Shown here piece after piece: positions 1 through 10,172 of a DNA stretch of 64,000 nucleotides. The notes beneath the pieces are model-generated. The model saw nothing but the letters and a program-made list of their open reading frames with translations, was not told where the DNA came from and searched no databases. Source of the stretch: an uncultured Desulfospira sp. (lineage in GTDB: Bacteria; Desulfobacterota; Desulfobacteria; Desulfobacterales; Desulfobacteraceae); contig OY760175.1 in assembly GCA_963663165.1 (NCBI GenBank), positions 3,488,001 to 3,552,000 on the forward strand, read 5' to 3'. Position 1 is the stretch's first letter. Each line of letters starts with the position of its first letter. The translations under genes and the position numbers were made by a program.

Positions 1-725
1 AGGATATGCCTGACCGTTCCATCCCCGGAAGAAATCCGGTACTCCAGTGTGCCCGGCTTTTTTGCCTGGATCATCCCCTTAATGCTGTTGCTTACCCGCA
101 ACTTGTCTGTTTCCGGAATGGAACTGAAAAATTCATCAAAGGGAACGTTGTCTGATAGATCTGCCCGGACCGGCAGGTTTGGATCTCCCCCGTTCAGGCC
201 CAGAAGGTGTGCGGCTTCCACAGAGCAATGAAAATTTCCGGAAGCCAGATCCACCTGCCAGGTGCCGATTCTGGCCAGTTCCTGGGTTTTGGCCAGGCGA
301 TTCCGGCTGATATGAAGTTCTTTGAAGGCCTGGCCTGCCCTGAGCATGTACAGCACCTGGGGCCCGAGGGTGCCCAGGTTAATGGGTTTGGACACAAACC
401 CGTTTGCGCCGGCGTCAAAGGCCTTTCTTATGGAGTCAATATCATCCAGCCCGGTGACCATGAGAATCTGGGTGAACGCGCCTTTCTCTGATGCCCGGAT
501 CTTTTGGCAGACCTGAAATCCGTCCGTGTCCGGCAGCATGACATCCAGCAGGATAATGTCCGGTTCCCTGGTTTCAAACAGATTGAGGCCCTGATTCCCG
601 TCTTGAGCTTCAACCATATCCAATCCGGATTTCATGAGGGCGGCCCCCATGGTCAGTCTCATGGTGGGATCATCATCAATGATCAGGGCCAGGCTTGCGG
701 GCTCTTTGGGGTTGATTGGCATCAT
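1..725 (-). CDS. Response regulator, REC + PAS domains (runs off the window; output domain not visible)
   Basis: Manual translation from ATG 725, which overlaps the kinase stop (ATGA): [19 protein letters not shown]...[15 protein letters not shown]...FVSKP (receiver), then IGTWQVDL...LEYRI...DGTVRHI (PAS). Open to base 1. Confidence 0.85.
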   Translation of the reverse strand, partial: MMPINPKEPASLALIIDDDPTMRLTMGAALMKSGLDMVEAQDGNQGLNLFETREPDIILLDVMLPDTDGFQVCQKIRASEKGAFTQILMVTGLDDIDSIRKAFDAGANGFVSKPINLGTLGPQVLYMLRAGQAFKELHISRNRLAKTQELARIGTWQVDLASGNFHCSVEAAHLLGLNGGDPNLPVRADLSDNVPFDEFFSSIPETDKLRVSNSIKGMIQAKKPGTLEYRISSGDGTVRHI

Positions 726-3211
726 TTTCGGGACGCTTCCTTTTTAAGTGCTGATTTGACCTTTATAAATTCTTTTTGGATGGCCTCAAGCTGCTCATCA
801 AGGTCTTGAAGGTCATCCTTTCTGCAGCTCAATTCCAGAATTTTGAATTGTTCGGACAGGGCCAGCGCCCCCAGATGGGCACTTGAAGATTTCAGGGTAT
901 GGGCAATCCGGATAATCTCAGATTCCGGGGTGTCAACCGACAAATTTTCAATTTTAGCAGAAGCGTCCGTGATAAAGGTGTTAATGATTTTTTCCAACAA
1001 ATTGGGCTTGCCTTCTATCTGTATATCTCTGAACTCTTGAAGCACACGGACATCAATAACGGCCGGGCTGACTTCACCATTCAAGTGGCTTGAGGTGTCT
1101 GATCCACCGGCCGCTTCAGTCCCGTCATTCAAGACACGGCCGGAACCGGGGCATCCTTTGGGAAGCCATTTTTCCAACGTATCAATGAGGTCATCCATTT
1201 TAAACGGCTTGGTCAAAAAATCGTCCATGCCGGCATCCAGGCATTTTTGCCGGTCCCCGGCCATGGCATGGGCGGTTATGGCAATCACAGGCGTTCGTTT
1301 ACCCAGGGCTTTTTCCCTGTCCCGAATTTTCCCGGTTGCCTGGTATCCGTCCATTTCCGGCATCTGGCAGTCCATGAGAACAATGTCCGGTTCAAGGGTT
1401 TCAAATTTTTGAACCGCCTCAATTCCGTTAGCGGCAATGGTCACCCGGCAGTCCAGGTTCTCCAGCATGGCCGCAAATACTTTCTGGTTGGTCAGGTTGT
1501 CTTCGGCCACCAGAATACGGGTACTCATATGGGGGACGGTCTCCGGTACCGGGTGTTCAAGCAAACGCCCGATGGGGGGATCATTCGCCCGCTCCATGGT
1601 CAGCACAAAGGAAAACTCGCTGCCTTTCCCAAGGGTGCTGATACAGGAAAGGCTTCCGCCCATAAGGGAGACCAGTTCTGAAGAAATGGCCAAGCCCAGC
1701 CCGGTTCCCCCATATTTCCGGGTATAAGAGGCATCGGCCTGGGAAAACGGGGTAAATAATCTTTTCTGGTCCTCTTTAGAGATACCGATGCCGGTGTCTT
1801 TGATGGAGATGCCAAGCTTTATCCATTGATCCGGGACTTCAGGGTTGGCGTATTCTTTTGCCAGGGCAGCCGCAGTTGAAATTTTTAAAGAAACCCCGCC
1901 TTTTTCCGTAAATTTTACGGCATTCCCGATCAGGTTGATCAATACCTGTTTGATCCGGGTGGGATCACCTTTTAAAAACAGAGGCATACCCGAAGGCATG
2001 TCAACCAGAAGATCCAGATGTTTTTCTGCTGCCGAAGCCGACAACAGGGTGATGACATCCTCAACCAGCCCTTTCAAATCAAAAGGGATATACTCTACTT
2101 TCAGTTTTCCGGCTTCGATTTTGGAAAAATCGAGAATATCGTTGATAATTTCAAGCAGGGTGACGGCCGATTTCTGTATGGTCAGGGCAAGGTCGGACTG
2201 CTGCCCGGAAAGCGTTGATGCCAGAAGAAGTTCGGTCATGCCCAGGATACCGTTCATGGGTGTCCGGATCTCATGGCTCATGTTGGCCAGGAACTGGGAC
2301 TTGACCCGGTTGGCTTCCTCTGCCTGTTTTCTGGCCTTTTTAAGGCGGTTGACCGTGGATTCAAGTTCTTCCTTGGCCCGGGTCAAATCCAGGGTCCTTC
2401 GTTCCACCCGGTATTCCAGGTTCAGGCTGTGGGCTTTAAGTTCTTCATCCCTGGCCTGTATTTCTTCAAGCATCTGGTTGAACTGGTCCACCAGGATTCC
2501 GAATTCATCATAGCTGTTCTTTGCCACCCTGACCTGGTAATCCTTTTCCCGGGTCACCCGGTTCATGGTCCGGATAACTTCAAACAATGGGCGTGTGAAT
2601 ATGGACTGGACCCAGGAGGACAACATCAGGACCACCATCAAAATGATGAAAACCATGGCCGCCACCAGAAGATAGTACACCTTAAGCCGTTTTTCCTGCT
2701 GCTGCATGTCATCAATCAAATGAATGGCCCCTAAAAAGGTATTTTTGAACCTCACCGGAAGGATCATGTGGGCATGGCCGTTTTCAATCAGGGTGATCAT
2801 CCCGTCGGTCTCAAGGTCGGGCAAAAGGGCTTTGGGAGAGGGCCAGACTGATTTGATCTCACCGATCAAATCACCAATCGGGACGGTATCCCTGGCGTAA
2901 GAGCTGTAAACATCTCCCTTGGTATCGTAGAGAATGGCCGCGATAATACCCGGTTTTAAAGACAGGGCATTCAAGTCTTCCAGGGCTGCGGACGGGTCAT
3001 TGAACATCATGGCCACCCCGCTGTTCAATGCGGTCAGGCTGGCCATTGACTTGAGTTCGTTTATCAGATGCTTGCGGGCATTGTATGTTTCATAGGCCAC
3101 CATGGAGGCCGCTTCCATAAAAAGGGCCAGCAGGGCTGTAAAGCCCAGGATCAGAATCAGTCTGGTCCGGATGGAAACGGTCCTGAATTTGAGGATATCG
3201 GCAAGCTTCAT
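722..3211 (-). CDS. Hybrid sensor histidine kinase (periplasmic sensor, HAMP, HisKA, HATPase, REC, Hpt)
   Basis: Two TM helices; [16 protein letters not shown]-box; NAVKFT, DTGIG, GGTGLGL boxes; LMDCQMP receiver; [13 protein letters not shown]pt. Confidence 0.95.
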   Translation of the reverse strand: MKLADILKFRTVSIRTRLILILGFTALLALFMEAASMVAYETYNARKHLINELKSMASLTALNSGVAMMFNDPSAALEDLNALSLKPGIIAAILYDTKGDVYSSYARDTVPIGDLIGEIKSVWPSPKALLPDLETDGMITLIENGHAHMILPVRFKNTFLGAIHLIDDMQQQEKRLKVYYLLVAAMVFIILMVVLMLSSWVQSIFTRPLFEVIRTMNRVTREKDYQVRVAKNSYDEFGILVDQFNQMLEEIQARDEELKAHSLNLEYRVERRTLDLTRAKEELESTVNRLKKARKQAEEANRVKSQFLANMSHEIRTPMNGILGMTELLLASTLSGQQSDLALTIQKSAVTLLEIINDILDFSKIEAGKLKVEYIPFDLKGLVEDVITLLSASAAEKHLDLLVDMPSGMPLFLKGDPTRIKQVLINLIGNAVKFTEKGGVSLKISTAAALAKEYANPEVPDQWIKLGISIKDTGIGISKEDQKRLFTPFSQADASYTRKYGGTGLGLAISSELVSLMGGSLSCISTLGKGSEFSFVLTMERANDPPIGRLLEHPVPETVPHMSTRILVAEDNLTNQKVFAAMLENLDCRVTIAANGIEAVQKFETLEPDIVLMDCQMPEMDGYQATGKIRDREKALGKRTPVIAITAHAMAGDRQKCLDAGMDDFLTKPFKMDDLIDTLEKWLPKGCPGSGRVLNDGTEAAGGSDTSSHLNGEVSPAVIDVRVLQEFRDIQIEGKPNLLEKIINTFITDASAKIENLSVDTPESEIIRIAHTLKSSSAHLGALALSEQFKILELSCRKDDLQDLDEQLEAIQKEFIKVKSALKKEASRK

Positions 3212-3831
3212 TGGCCTTCATCCACGACAACGGCAAGTTTGAGCAGCCGGGAACTGAATTTAAGGGCATGCTGTTCACCGCTTTTGATATTGATCTCAAA
3301 ATGAAGGTGATCGTTCCTTGAAAAAAACTGGATAATTCCCCCCATTTTTGTGAAATTCCTGATTTCCCCAATGGTGAGAACCGGATGATCTGCGATTAAA
3401 CTTAAAATCCGGAGGGTTTCATCAGGGCCAACCTGCTCGCCAATGAACACCACATTGCTTTTTAAAAAACCGGTTTCACCGGTGCCTGTTTGGCTCTTAA
3501 GGGAAGCGGCATCCGGATAATACCGGATTTGAATGGCCCGCTCACTGCTTTTTTTCCCGTCAAGGGTTTGAAAATGTGTTTTGACCTGGTCATCACCGAA
3601 AACTGAAATCAAATAAGGGCTTTCACTGTTTTCAAATGCGGTTTCCGGCCATTGAATAAATTTGGTGAAATTATAGATAAAGGCGGCTTTGACCGCATAT
3701 TCTTCCAGCCGTTCAACCTGTGCAATGTCCGGGACCCCAAAAACAAACAGAATCCCGGTGAAAAGAAAAAGAAAAAACTTTTTTACGGCGCGCCAGGCTG
3801 AAAACATCGGTTGCTTTGTCATGGGAAACAA
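3208..3831 (-). CDS. YfiR-family (DUF4154) periplasmic protein
   Basis: Signal peptide; [23 protein letters not shown]...[12 protein letters not shown]-terminus; start may be ATG 3822. Confidence 0.9.
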   Translation of the reverse strand: MFPMTKQPMFSAWRAVKKFFLFLFTGILFVFGVPDIAQVERLEEYAVKAAFIYNFTKFIQWPETAFENSESPYLISVFGDDQVKTHFQTLDGKKSSERAIQIRYYPDAASLKSQTGTGETGFLKSNVVFIGEQVGPDETLRILSLIADHPVLTIGEIRNFTKMGGIIQFFSRNDHLHFEINIKSGEQHALKFSSRLLKLAVVVDEGQ

Positions 3832-3836
3832 TTTCT

Positions 3837-5888
3837 TCAGAATTTATAGCTTACGCCGGCATATACGGATCGGGGGACTTCCACAAAGCGGCTGAAAGCT
3901 TCCTGGACAAACTCAAGATGGCTGTCCTCAAGCAGGTTCTGTCCGGTCAGAAAAACCTCAAGGCCGGGCCTGACCCGCCAGCCCAGGCGTAAATCAAGTG
4001 TCAGGTAATCGTCAATGGGATAAATGGTATCCGAATAGAAAGCGCAGGTTGCCCGGGTTTTGCCTACGTATCTTAACCAGGCATTCAGTCCGATATCCCG
4101 GGTCAGTTTAAATTCTCCCCTAAGGGAGGCCTGATGTTTGGTAAAGCCGAAATCAATCTTAAAATCACGCTCATCGTTGAACTCGTGGAATGTCAGTGAG
4201 TAGGCCAGGCTCCATTTGATTTTTTCAGACGCAACCAAATCCACAGCGAGTTCGGCGCCCCAGGAACGGGCCTTTGACAGATTGGTCAACTCAAGGTCCT
4301 GGATCATGACACGGTTTACAGAATCATAATGCAGGGCCCCGGGCCCGTACACCCTTAAATCATCATAATCATTAAAGAAAAGCGCCATGTCCATGGAAAA
4401 TTTCGGTCCTGGCAGGAACCGGTACCCCGCCTCACAGGCCAGGAGGACTTCGGCATCCTGATCCTTGTTGTTTAGAAACCGTGCATAAACCGGTATGCCC
4501 TGATCCGATCCATAGACAGGGACCACGGCGTCCGTCTCCACCCGGGAAGGGATTCTTACCGCCCTTGATACCGCAGCCCAGACTTTATGCTGTTTGCTGG
4601 CCGACCACATGAGCCGGGTGGAGGGCTGAATTTCAAATCCCGTATAATCATTGTGCTCAAATTTAGACCCCAGGGTCAGTTTGAGCCGGTTGTTCAAAAA
4701 GGAGATTTCATCCTGAACAAACGCCGAGCAGAGATAATCGGTGGTGCTTTCAGGATCCATATCCGTAACGATTGATCCGGCAAAATCATCATCAGAGAGC
4801 CGGAATCGGGCCCCCCAGATAATGTCGTTCCGGGTGCCAAGGGCAAACCGGTGCTGAAAATCCGCATCAAGGTTATGCCGGTCTTCGTTAATAAAATCTT
4901 CAGACCGTTTCATGGCGTCATAATAAACCTGAAACGCCACCTCCGACGTTCCCGAAAGGGTCTTTGTCCACCGGGCCATGATATTGCCCCCGGATACATG
5001 GGTGATTTCCGGGAAAACGTCCATATACGGCGAGGATTCGCTGACCAGGTAAAGATCCTGGTGGATCCGGCCGTCGTAAAGATCTCCTTGAAGGGTCAGG
5101 CTGCTGGCCGGGGCAAAGTCCTTGTCCAGCCGGAACCCGGCCTGGTTGATCTGCCACTCATCCCCGGCATCGCCACCGGATACCAGTTCAAACTCATCCC
5201 TGGCCTGATGCTTGCCGTAAATCCGCCAGGCAGTATCTGTCCCCGCAGTTCCGCCGTATCGGAATCCGGCCATATTTTTTTCAACGGTTCCCAGCCGGGC
5301 CTCCACATAACCGCCCTGGGTTTCATTGGCGTTCCGGGTGATGATGTTGATGACCCCGTTCACGGCATTGGAGCCCCAGATGGTGGCCCCGGGCCCCCGG
5401 ATGATCTCAATGCGGTCCACATCTTCTAAGAACACATCGGTGACTTCCCAGTAAACCCCGGAAAAGCTCGGGGTATAGACGCTGCGGCCGTCAATGAGCA
5501 CCAGAAGGCTCGGGGAGAAGCGGCTGTTAAATCCCCGGCAGTTTACGGCCCATTTATTAGAATCAATCCGGGCCACATTAACCCCGGGGGCCATGCGAAG
5601 GGCATCGGGAATGCTGGTGGCCCCGGACCGCCGGATATCCTCCCGGGTAATGACAAACACAGCGGCAGCGCTTTCCGACAGCTGCTGGCTTTTTTTATTC
5701 ACCGAGGTGACCTTGACATCCATGAGTTCTTCAAGGGAGAACCCGGTCAGGTCCAGGGTCTCTGTTCCTGGATAACCGATTGAATTAAAAATAAAAACGC
5801 TGGAGATAACGGCGATTTGAAAAAAAATATTCTTCAACACCGGATTTAAAGCTGTTTGTTTCATCTCAATCATGAAACGACCTTCCAT
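3837..5888 (-). CDS. TonB-dependent outer-membrane receptor
   Basis: Plug domain (SLEELMDVKVTSV, LVLIDGR, RIEIIRGPGATIWGSNAVNGVINIIT); barrel ending in YAGVSYKF. Confidence 0.93.
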   Translation of the reverse strand: MEGRFMIEMKQTALNPVLKNIFFQIAVISSVFIFNSIGYPGTETLDLTGFSLEELMDVKVTSVNKKSQQLSESAAAVFVITREDIRRSGATSIPDALRMAPGVNVARIDSNKWAVNCRGFNSRFSPSLLVLIDGRSVYTPSFSGVYWEVTDVFLEDVDRIEIIRGPGATIWGSNAVNGVINIITRNANETQGGYVEARLGTVEKNMAGFRYGGTAGTDTAWRIYGKHQARDEFELVSGGDAGDEWQINQAGFRLDKDFAPASSLTLQGDLYDGRIHQDLYLVSESSPYMDVFPEITHVSGGNIMARWTKTLSGTSEVAFQVYYDAMKRSEDFINEDRHNLDADFQHRFALGTRNDIIWGARFRLSDDDFAGSIVTDMDPESTTDYLCSAFVQDEISFLNNRLKLTLGSKFEHNDYTGFEIQPSTRLMWSASKQHKVWAAVSRAVRIPSRVETDAVVPVYGSDQGIPVYARFLNNKDQDAEVLLACEAGYRFLPGPKFSMDMALFFNDYDDLRVYGPGALHYDSVNRVMIQDLELTNLSKARSWGAELAVDLVASEKIKWSLAYSLTFHEFNDERDFKIDFGFTKHQASLRGEFKLTRDIGLNAWLRYVGKTRATCAFYSDTIYPIDDYLTLDLRLGWRVRPGLEVFLTGQNLLEDSHLEFVQEAFSRFVEVPRSVYAGVSYKF

Positions 5889-6142
5889 TCAAGAAAAGCG
5901 CTTCATCCTTTTAGCTTTAACAGCAAAGGCCGCTGCATCTGGCCGGGATTCAGACAGCAGTGGAAGACCTTAGTCCAAATGGTTTGGCCCAGTTATAAAT
6001 TTTTACTGTTTATTCAAATTTTTGTCAATGAAAGGCTATTTTAAGGAACCGGGTGACCGCATTTGTAATCCAGCATGATATTTGGATATTGTTTGTAAAT
6101 TGTATAGAATGGGGACTTGGGATATGGGACTTGGGTAGCCCG

Positions 6143-6174
6143 GTAGGGTGGGCAAAAGCGCAGCGTTGCCCACC
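6143..6174 (+). repeat. REP-like palindrome
   Basis: GTAG followed by GGTGGGCAA-N10-TTGCCCACC, the layout of RAYT-associated REPs. Confidence 0.65.
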
Positions 6175-6269
6175 ACTGACCATATAATATGTTATTTTTT
6201 AACGATAAATCAAATGGTATCGCAGCAACTGGAGACCGAAACCGTCAAGTTCCCTGGTTTGAGCGATAG

Positions 6270-6322
6270 GGTTGGAGCGGGCCATGCCCGCGATTCGATC
6301 GCGGGCATGGCCCGCTCCAACC
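6270..6322. repeat. Perfect 25-bp inverted repeat (REP doublet-like; may also terminate the tauE operon)
   Basis: GGTTGGAGCGGGCCATGCCCGCGAT-tcg-ATCGCGGGCATGGCCCGCTCCAACC. Confidence 0.8.
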
Positions 6323-6359
6323 TTGCATTGACCAAAAATGTAACGATAGCGGCCGGATG

Positions 6360-7109
6360 TCAGGCCATTGACCAGAGAAATTTTATGCCGATAAGGATCA
6401 GCACAAAGCCCAGCAGCCGTTTAACACTCTGGGGCTTCATTTTCTTTTGCATTACCCGGGTACCTAAATACCCGCCGGTCCAGGCGGCCATCCCGGCAAA
6501 AGCAAGAATCCGGATAGACACGGACCCCATGGCCATATAGGTCAAAAAGGCAGAAAAAGACGAAAACGGGACGGAAAACGCCGTTACCATGGCGACTTTT
6601 TTGGGGTTAAACCCCTGGACGATCATCAAAGGGGAGATAATCCCCCCGCCGCCAACGCCGAGAAGCCCGGAAACGAATCCGGCCAGGATACCAACGCCTA
6701 AAGGACCTGCAACGGACCGGTCTTCCCGGTACTGGTCGGCATATTTAGATCCTTTAAAAAAAATCATCATGGAACCTGAAAAAAACAGAAAAGCGATAAA
6801 GGCCCAAAGCAGGATCCGCGTGGGCAGGAAATGGCCGGCCCAGGCCCCGGCCGGGGCCATTACAATGGAGGCCCCAATGATGGGCAGCCCCAGTCTTACG
6901 TCCAGCTTCTTTTCTTTAAAATTGGACCAGGTGGCCCCGAGCATGCTGGCGCAATTGACAAAAAGCCCGGTGGGCCGGGCCAGATGAAACGGAACACCGG
7001 CCCAGGTTAACGCCGGAATAAGGATCACTGCAGAACCGACACCGCCCAGGGCAAACACAAAACTGAGGATAAACGACAGGGCAACAATAATCAGCAGATG
7101 GACGTCCAT
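6360..7109 (-). CDS. Sulfite exporter TauE/SafE family membrane protein
   Basis: About 8 TM helices; ALGGVGSA and AGFVSGLLGVGGG internal repeat motifs. Confidence 0.9.
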   Translation of the reverse strand: MDVHLLIIVALSFILSFVFALGGVGSAVILIPALTWAGVPFHLARPTGLFVNCASMLGATWSNFKEKKLDVRLGLPIIGASIVMAPAGAWAGHFLPTRILLWAFIAFLFFSGSMMIFFKGSKYADQYREDRSVAGPLGVGILAGFVSGLLGVGGGGIISPLMIVQGFNPKKVAMVTAFSVPFSSFSAFLTYMAMGSVSIRILAFAGMAAWTGGYLGTRVMQKKMKPQSVKRLLGFVLILIGIKFLWSMA

Positions 7110-7187
7110 CTTTATTCATCCTTTACCGGCCGGGAACCGCACACCGGATAATGGATTCCATTGGCAGTCCCGGCATGGCTATTAAGA

Positions 7188-7562
7188 TTACATCTTGGCC
7201 AGAGGGCCGGGTTTGAATGCCAGGGCCATATCCTCTGTGGAGGCGGTCAGCCCCTTGACCTTTTCGTAGCCGTTGGCTTTCAGGTACAGGTAGGCCATGG
7301 CCCCCCGAAAGACAGAAGAACAAAAAGGAACGATCACCTTGTCTTTAGGCACTTCCCCGAGCCGGTCCGGCAGGTCATTTAAAGGAATCTCCAAGGCAAA
7401 GGGGAACTTAAGATAGGCTGTCTCTTCATCTGTCCGGACATCCAGAAAGACAAAATCATCACTGCCAAGGGCTTTTTTCATTCCGTCAATACTCATGCCG
7501 TGTTTACCGGCACCCAGGAACTGAAAATCCATCTCTTTTAATATCTGATTCAAATCGTTCAT
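7188..7562 (-). CDS. Rhodanese-like domain protein
   Basis: FLDVRTDEE; active-site loop FCSSVFRG; start set at ATG 7562 after AGGAG. Confidence 0.85.
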   Translation of the reverse strand: MNDLNQILKEMDFQFLGAGKHGMSIDGMKKALGSDDFVFLDVRTDEETAYLKFPFALEIPLNDLPDRLGEVPKDKVIVPFCSSVFRGAMAYLYLKANGYEKVKGLTASTEDMALAFKPGPLAKM

Positions 7563-7598
7563 ATCGTTACGCTCCTGATGAAAAATTTCTCTCACCGG

Positions 7599-7832
7599 TT
7601 AACCTTCAATCCAGGCTTTAATATCCTCTTTTTTGGGCACCTTTCCCGTACATTTGACCTCGCCGTCCACAATGACTGAAGGCGTGCCAAATACCCCATA
7701 TGAAGCGATCTGCATCATATCGGTCACCTTTTCAACGCTGGCGTCCGCGCCGGTCTCTTTGATCACCTCCTGTACCAGTTTCTCAGTTTTGCTGCATTTG
7801 GCGCATCCCGGCCCCAATACTTTGATCTCCAT
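7599..7832 (-). CDS. Small redox-active disulfide (thioredoxin-like) protein
   Basis: MEIKVLGPGCAKC...YGVFGTPSVIVDGEVK; ATG 7832 after AGGAG. Confidence 0.92.
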   Translation of the reverse strand: MEIKVLGPGCAKCSKTEKLVQEVIKETGADASVEKVTDMMQIASYGVFGTPSVIVDGEVKCTGKVPKKEDIKAWIEG

Positions 7833-7845
7833 TTTGGTTACTCCT

Positions 7846-8913
7846 TTATAAAATAATGTTAAACAAATATCCCACAAGCAATATCCCGCAGGCCACCACA
7901 CCGATAAACACACCGATCAGCCTGGGTTTCAGGACTTTTCTCAATATCACCATCTCCGGCAGTGACAGGGCAATGACACTCATCATGAATGCCAGAACAG
8001 ACCCCAACGCCGCCCCTTTGCCCAGCAGGGCCTCAACCACCGGGATCACCCCGGCGGCATTGGAATACATGGGCACACCGATGAGCACGGAAGCCGGAAC
8101 CGACCACCAGGATCCTTTTCCCATCACAGAGGCCATGACACCTTCAGGAACAAACCCGTGAATACCGGCCCCCACGGCAATGCCCAAAATGACATAAACC
8201 CAGACACGGCCGATGATCTCCTTTACGGCATCCCAGCCGTAAACAAACCGGTCCCGCCAGGTCATTTTTTCTTCTTCCAGTTCAACGGCCGCCATATTGG
8301 CTGCGGTGACCCAGTCCTCAATATGGTTTTCAAGTTTAAGACGGCCGATGACCCATCCGGCACAGACCGCGATGAAAAGCCCTGTTCCCAGATAGATGGC
8401 CGCCACCTTCCAGCCCAAAAGCCCGTATAAAAGGCCCAGGGCAATTTCATTGACCATGGGGGCGGCAATCAGAAAGGAAAAGGTAACGCCCAGGGGGACG
8501 CCGGCCGTGACAAAGCCGATAAACAGCGGCACCGCAGAACAGGAACAAAAGGGGGTGACGATCCCGAGCAGGGCCGCCAGTACATTGCCGGCAAATTCAC
8601 TCTTCCCGGATAAAAACGCACGGGTTTTCTCCGGGGTAAAAAAGCTTCGAATAATGCCCACGCCGAACACGACCAGAAACAGCAGCATCATGACTTTGGG
8701 GGTATCATAAAGGAAAAATTCTATGGCATCGCCCAGGTGAGACCCCCTGTCAATGGAGATCAGGTCATAGGTGAGCCATTTTGATACCCCCGGAAGCCTG
8801 CGGTAGATCACCCACCACAGAACAACACCGGCGGCCCCCATGACCAGATTGGTCAAAAGGGACAGGGTCTCTTTTTGCCGGACCGGACCGGTACTTGCTT
8901 TGGTCATTCCCAT
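7846..8913 (-). CDS. arsP: ArsP/DUF318-family permease
   Basis: TPFCSCSAVPLF and PMYSNAAG motifs, multiple TM helices; start set at ATG 8913 after AAGGGGG. Confidence 0.88.
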   Translation of the reverse strand: MGMTKASTGPVRQKETLSLLTNLVMGAAGVVLWWVIYRRLPGVSKWLTYDLISIDRGSHLGDAIEFFLYDTPKVMMLLFLVVFGVGIIRSFFTPEKTRAFLSGKSEFAGNVLAALLGIVTPFCSCSAVPLFIGFVTAGVPLGVTFSFLIAAPMVNEIALGLLYGLLGWKVAAIYLGTGLFIAVCAGWVIGRLKLENHIEDWVTAANMAAVELEEEKMTWRDRFVYGWDAVKEIIGRVWVYVILGIAVGAGIHGFVPEGVMASVMGKGSWWSVPASVLIGVPMYSNAAGVIPVVEALLGKGAALGSVLAFMMSVIALSLPEMVILRKVLKPRLIGVFIGVVACGILLVGYLFNIIL

Positions 8914-8926
8914 ATCATCCCCCTTA

Positions 8927-8954
8927 TTATATATGGCCATTTAGCGATATATAA
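8927..8954. promoter_or_regulatory. Candidate ArsR operator
   Basis: TTATATATGGC-N6-GCGATATATAA (10/11 dyad) between arsR and the permease RBS. Confidence 0.55.
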
Positions 8955-8975
8955 GCTTAAAATTTTTTTTGTTAT

Positions 8976-9323
8976 TTACTCCCGGCCCACAATATCGTGC
9001 CGGTCAATCCCCGGCAGAATGCCTTGGAGTTTCTTAATTTCCGATTCATTTTCCAGCCAGTGCTTCAGATTCCCGATCATGCTTGCGGCAAAGGGGGACC
9101 CCCTGCCGTCGGACAGAGAGTAGTTGACCCACAAGCCGTCTTTAAAGCTTCTGACCAGATCGGCATCTTCCAGAATTTTCAAATGTTTGCTGGCCGTGGA
9201 CTGGGCCACGCCCAGGGCTTCCTTGATTTCACAGACACATAACGGCCGCTGCTGAAGCATTTTCATCATTTTGACCCGGTTGGGATCGGACAGCGCTTTC
9301 ATGACTTTGATAAATGTTTTCAT
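8976..9323 (-). CDS. arsR: ArsR/SmtB-family repressor
   Basis: KALSDPNR; LCVCEI metalloid site; SKHLKILEDADLV helix-turn-helix. Confidence 0.92.
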   Translation of the reverse strand: MKTFIKVMKALSDPNRVKMMKMLQQRPLCVCEIKEALGVAQSTASKHLKILEDADLVRSFKDGLWVNYSLSDGRGSPFAASMIGNLKHWLENESEIKKLQGILPGIDRHDIVGRE

Positions 9324-9376
9324 AGCCGTTTGCCGCCTTAAGCCGGCAGCCCCTATTTATTAAATCGTTAAAATGG

Positions 9377-9405
9377 AATATATAGACACTAACACCCCTT
9401 GTCAA
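9377..9405 (-). promoter_or_regulatory. Sigma70-type promoter of arsR
   Basis: TTGACA-17 bp-TATATT on the minus strand. Confidence 0.7.
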
Positions 9406-9499
9406 CCGGTGGTGCAAAAAAACTTCATGACATATCCGGGTTAGCCCGACGAGGGCAGGGGTTGATCCGGAAATTTTTTATCTATTCCCTGTCCTTTTT

Positions 9500-10135
9500 C
9501 TACAGGGCAATCAGCTCCCGGGGCCGGTCCATGCAGATCCCGGCACCGGAATTTTCAAGATCCTGTCTGGAGCCGTACCCCCACAGAACGCCGGCCCCGT
9601 ATACGCCGTTGTCCCGGGCACCGATCATGTCATAGGCCGTATCCCCGACCATGATGGTACCTGAAGCGTCAAGACATTCCTGTTCCAGTATATGGGCAAT
9701 CAGGGTGGGTTTATCCCCTCTGGTGCCGTCCAGTTCAGCCCCGTAAACCTGTTTAAAGAAGGGGGCAAGGCCATAATGGTGAATAATTTTTTGTGCAAAC
9801 ACCCAGGGTTTGGAGGTGGCCACGTACAGGGCATGCCCCTTTTTCTGCAAGGCTTCAAGGGCCCCGGGAATCCCTTCATAAACCCGGTTTTCATACATTC
9901 CGGTTTTCTCAAATCTTTCCCGGTAAAAGGCCACCGCCTGTTCGGCGTCTGCCCTGTCTGTCCCCAGCAGTTTTAAAAAACTGTCCCGCAGCGGCGGACC
10001 GATACACCAGCCAAGGGTGTTCATATCCGGTATGGCGGCCCCCATTTTTTCAAGGGCGTACACAATGCTTTTTGTAATCCCCTCAAAGGGATCGGTAAGG
10101 GTTCCGTCCAGATCAAACAATATACTTTTTTTCAT
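9500..10135 (-). CDS. HAD-superfamily hydrolase (phosphoglycolate phosphatase / nucleotidase-like)
   Basis: LFDLDGTL, VATSKP, MVGDTAYD motifs. Confidence 0.9.
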   Translation of the reverse strand: MKKSILFDLDGTLTDPFEGITKSIVYALEKMGAAIPDMNTLGWCIGPPLRDSFLKLLGTDRADAEQAVAFYRERFEKTGMYENRVYEGIPGALEALQKKGHALYVATSKPWVFAQKIIHHYGLAPFFKQVYGAELDGTRGDKPTLIAHILEQECLDASGTIMVGDTAYDMIGARDNGVYGAGVLWGYGSRQDLENSGAGICMDRPRELIAL

Positions 10136-10172
10136 ATTTCCCACATTTCACGTTCCCCGTATGGTTTACCGG

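Noticed and set aside
5890..6050. Riboswitch (cobalamin or c-di-GMP) before the TonB receptor
   Set aside because: I could not find the conserved core motifs by eye; an Infernal scan would settle it.
6175..6200. dif-like site (CATATAATATGTTA)
   Set aside because: Only a partial XerD-arm match, with the wrong spacing.
6148..6540. 130-aa plus-strand ORF
   Set aside because: Made of REP palindromes plus tauE antisense sequence.
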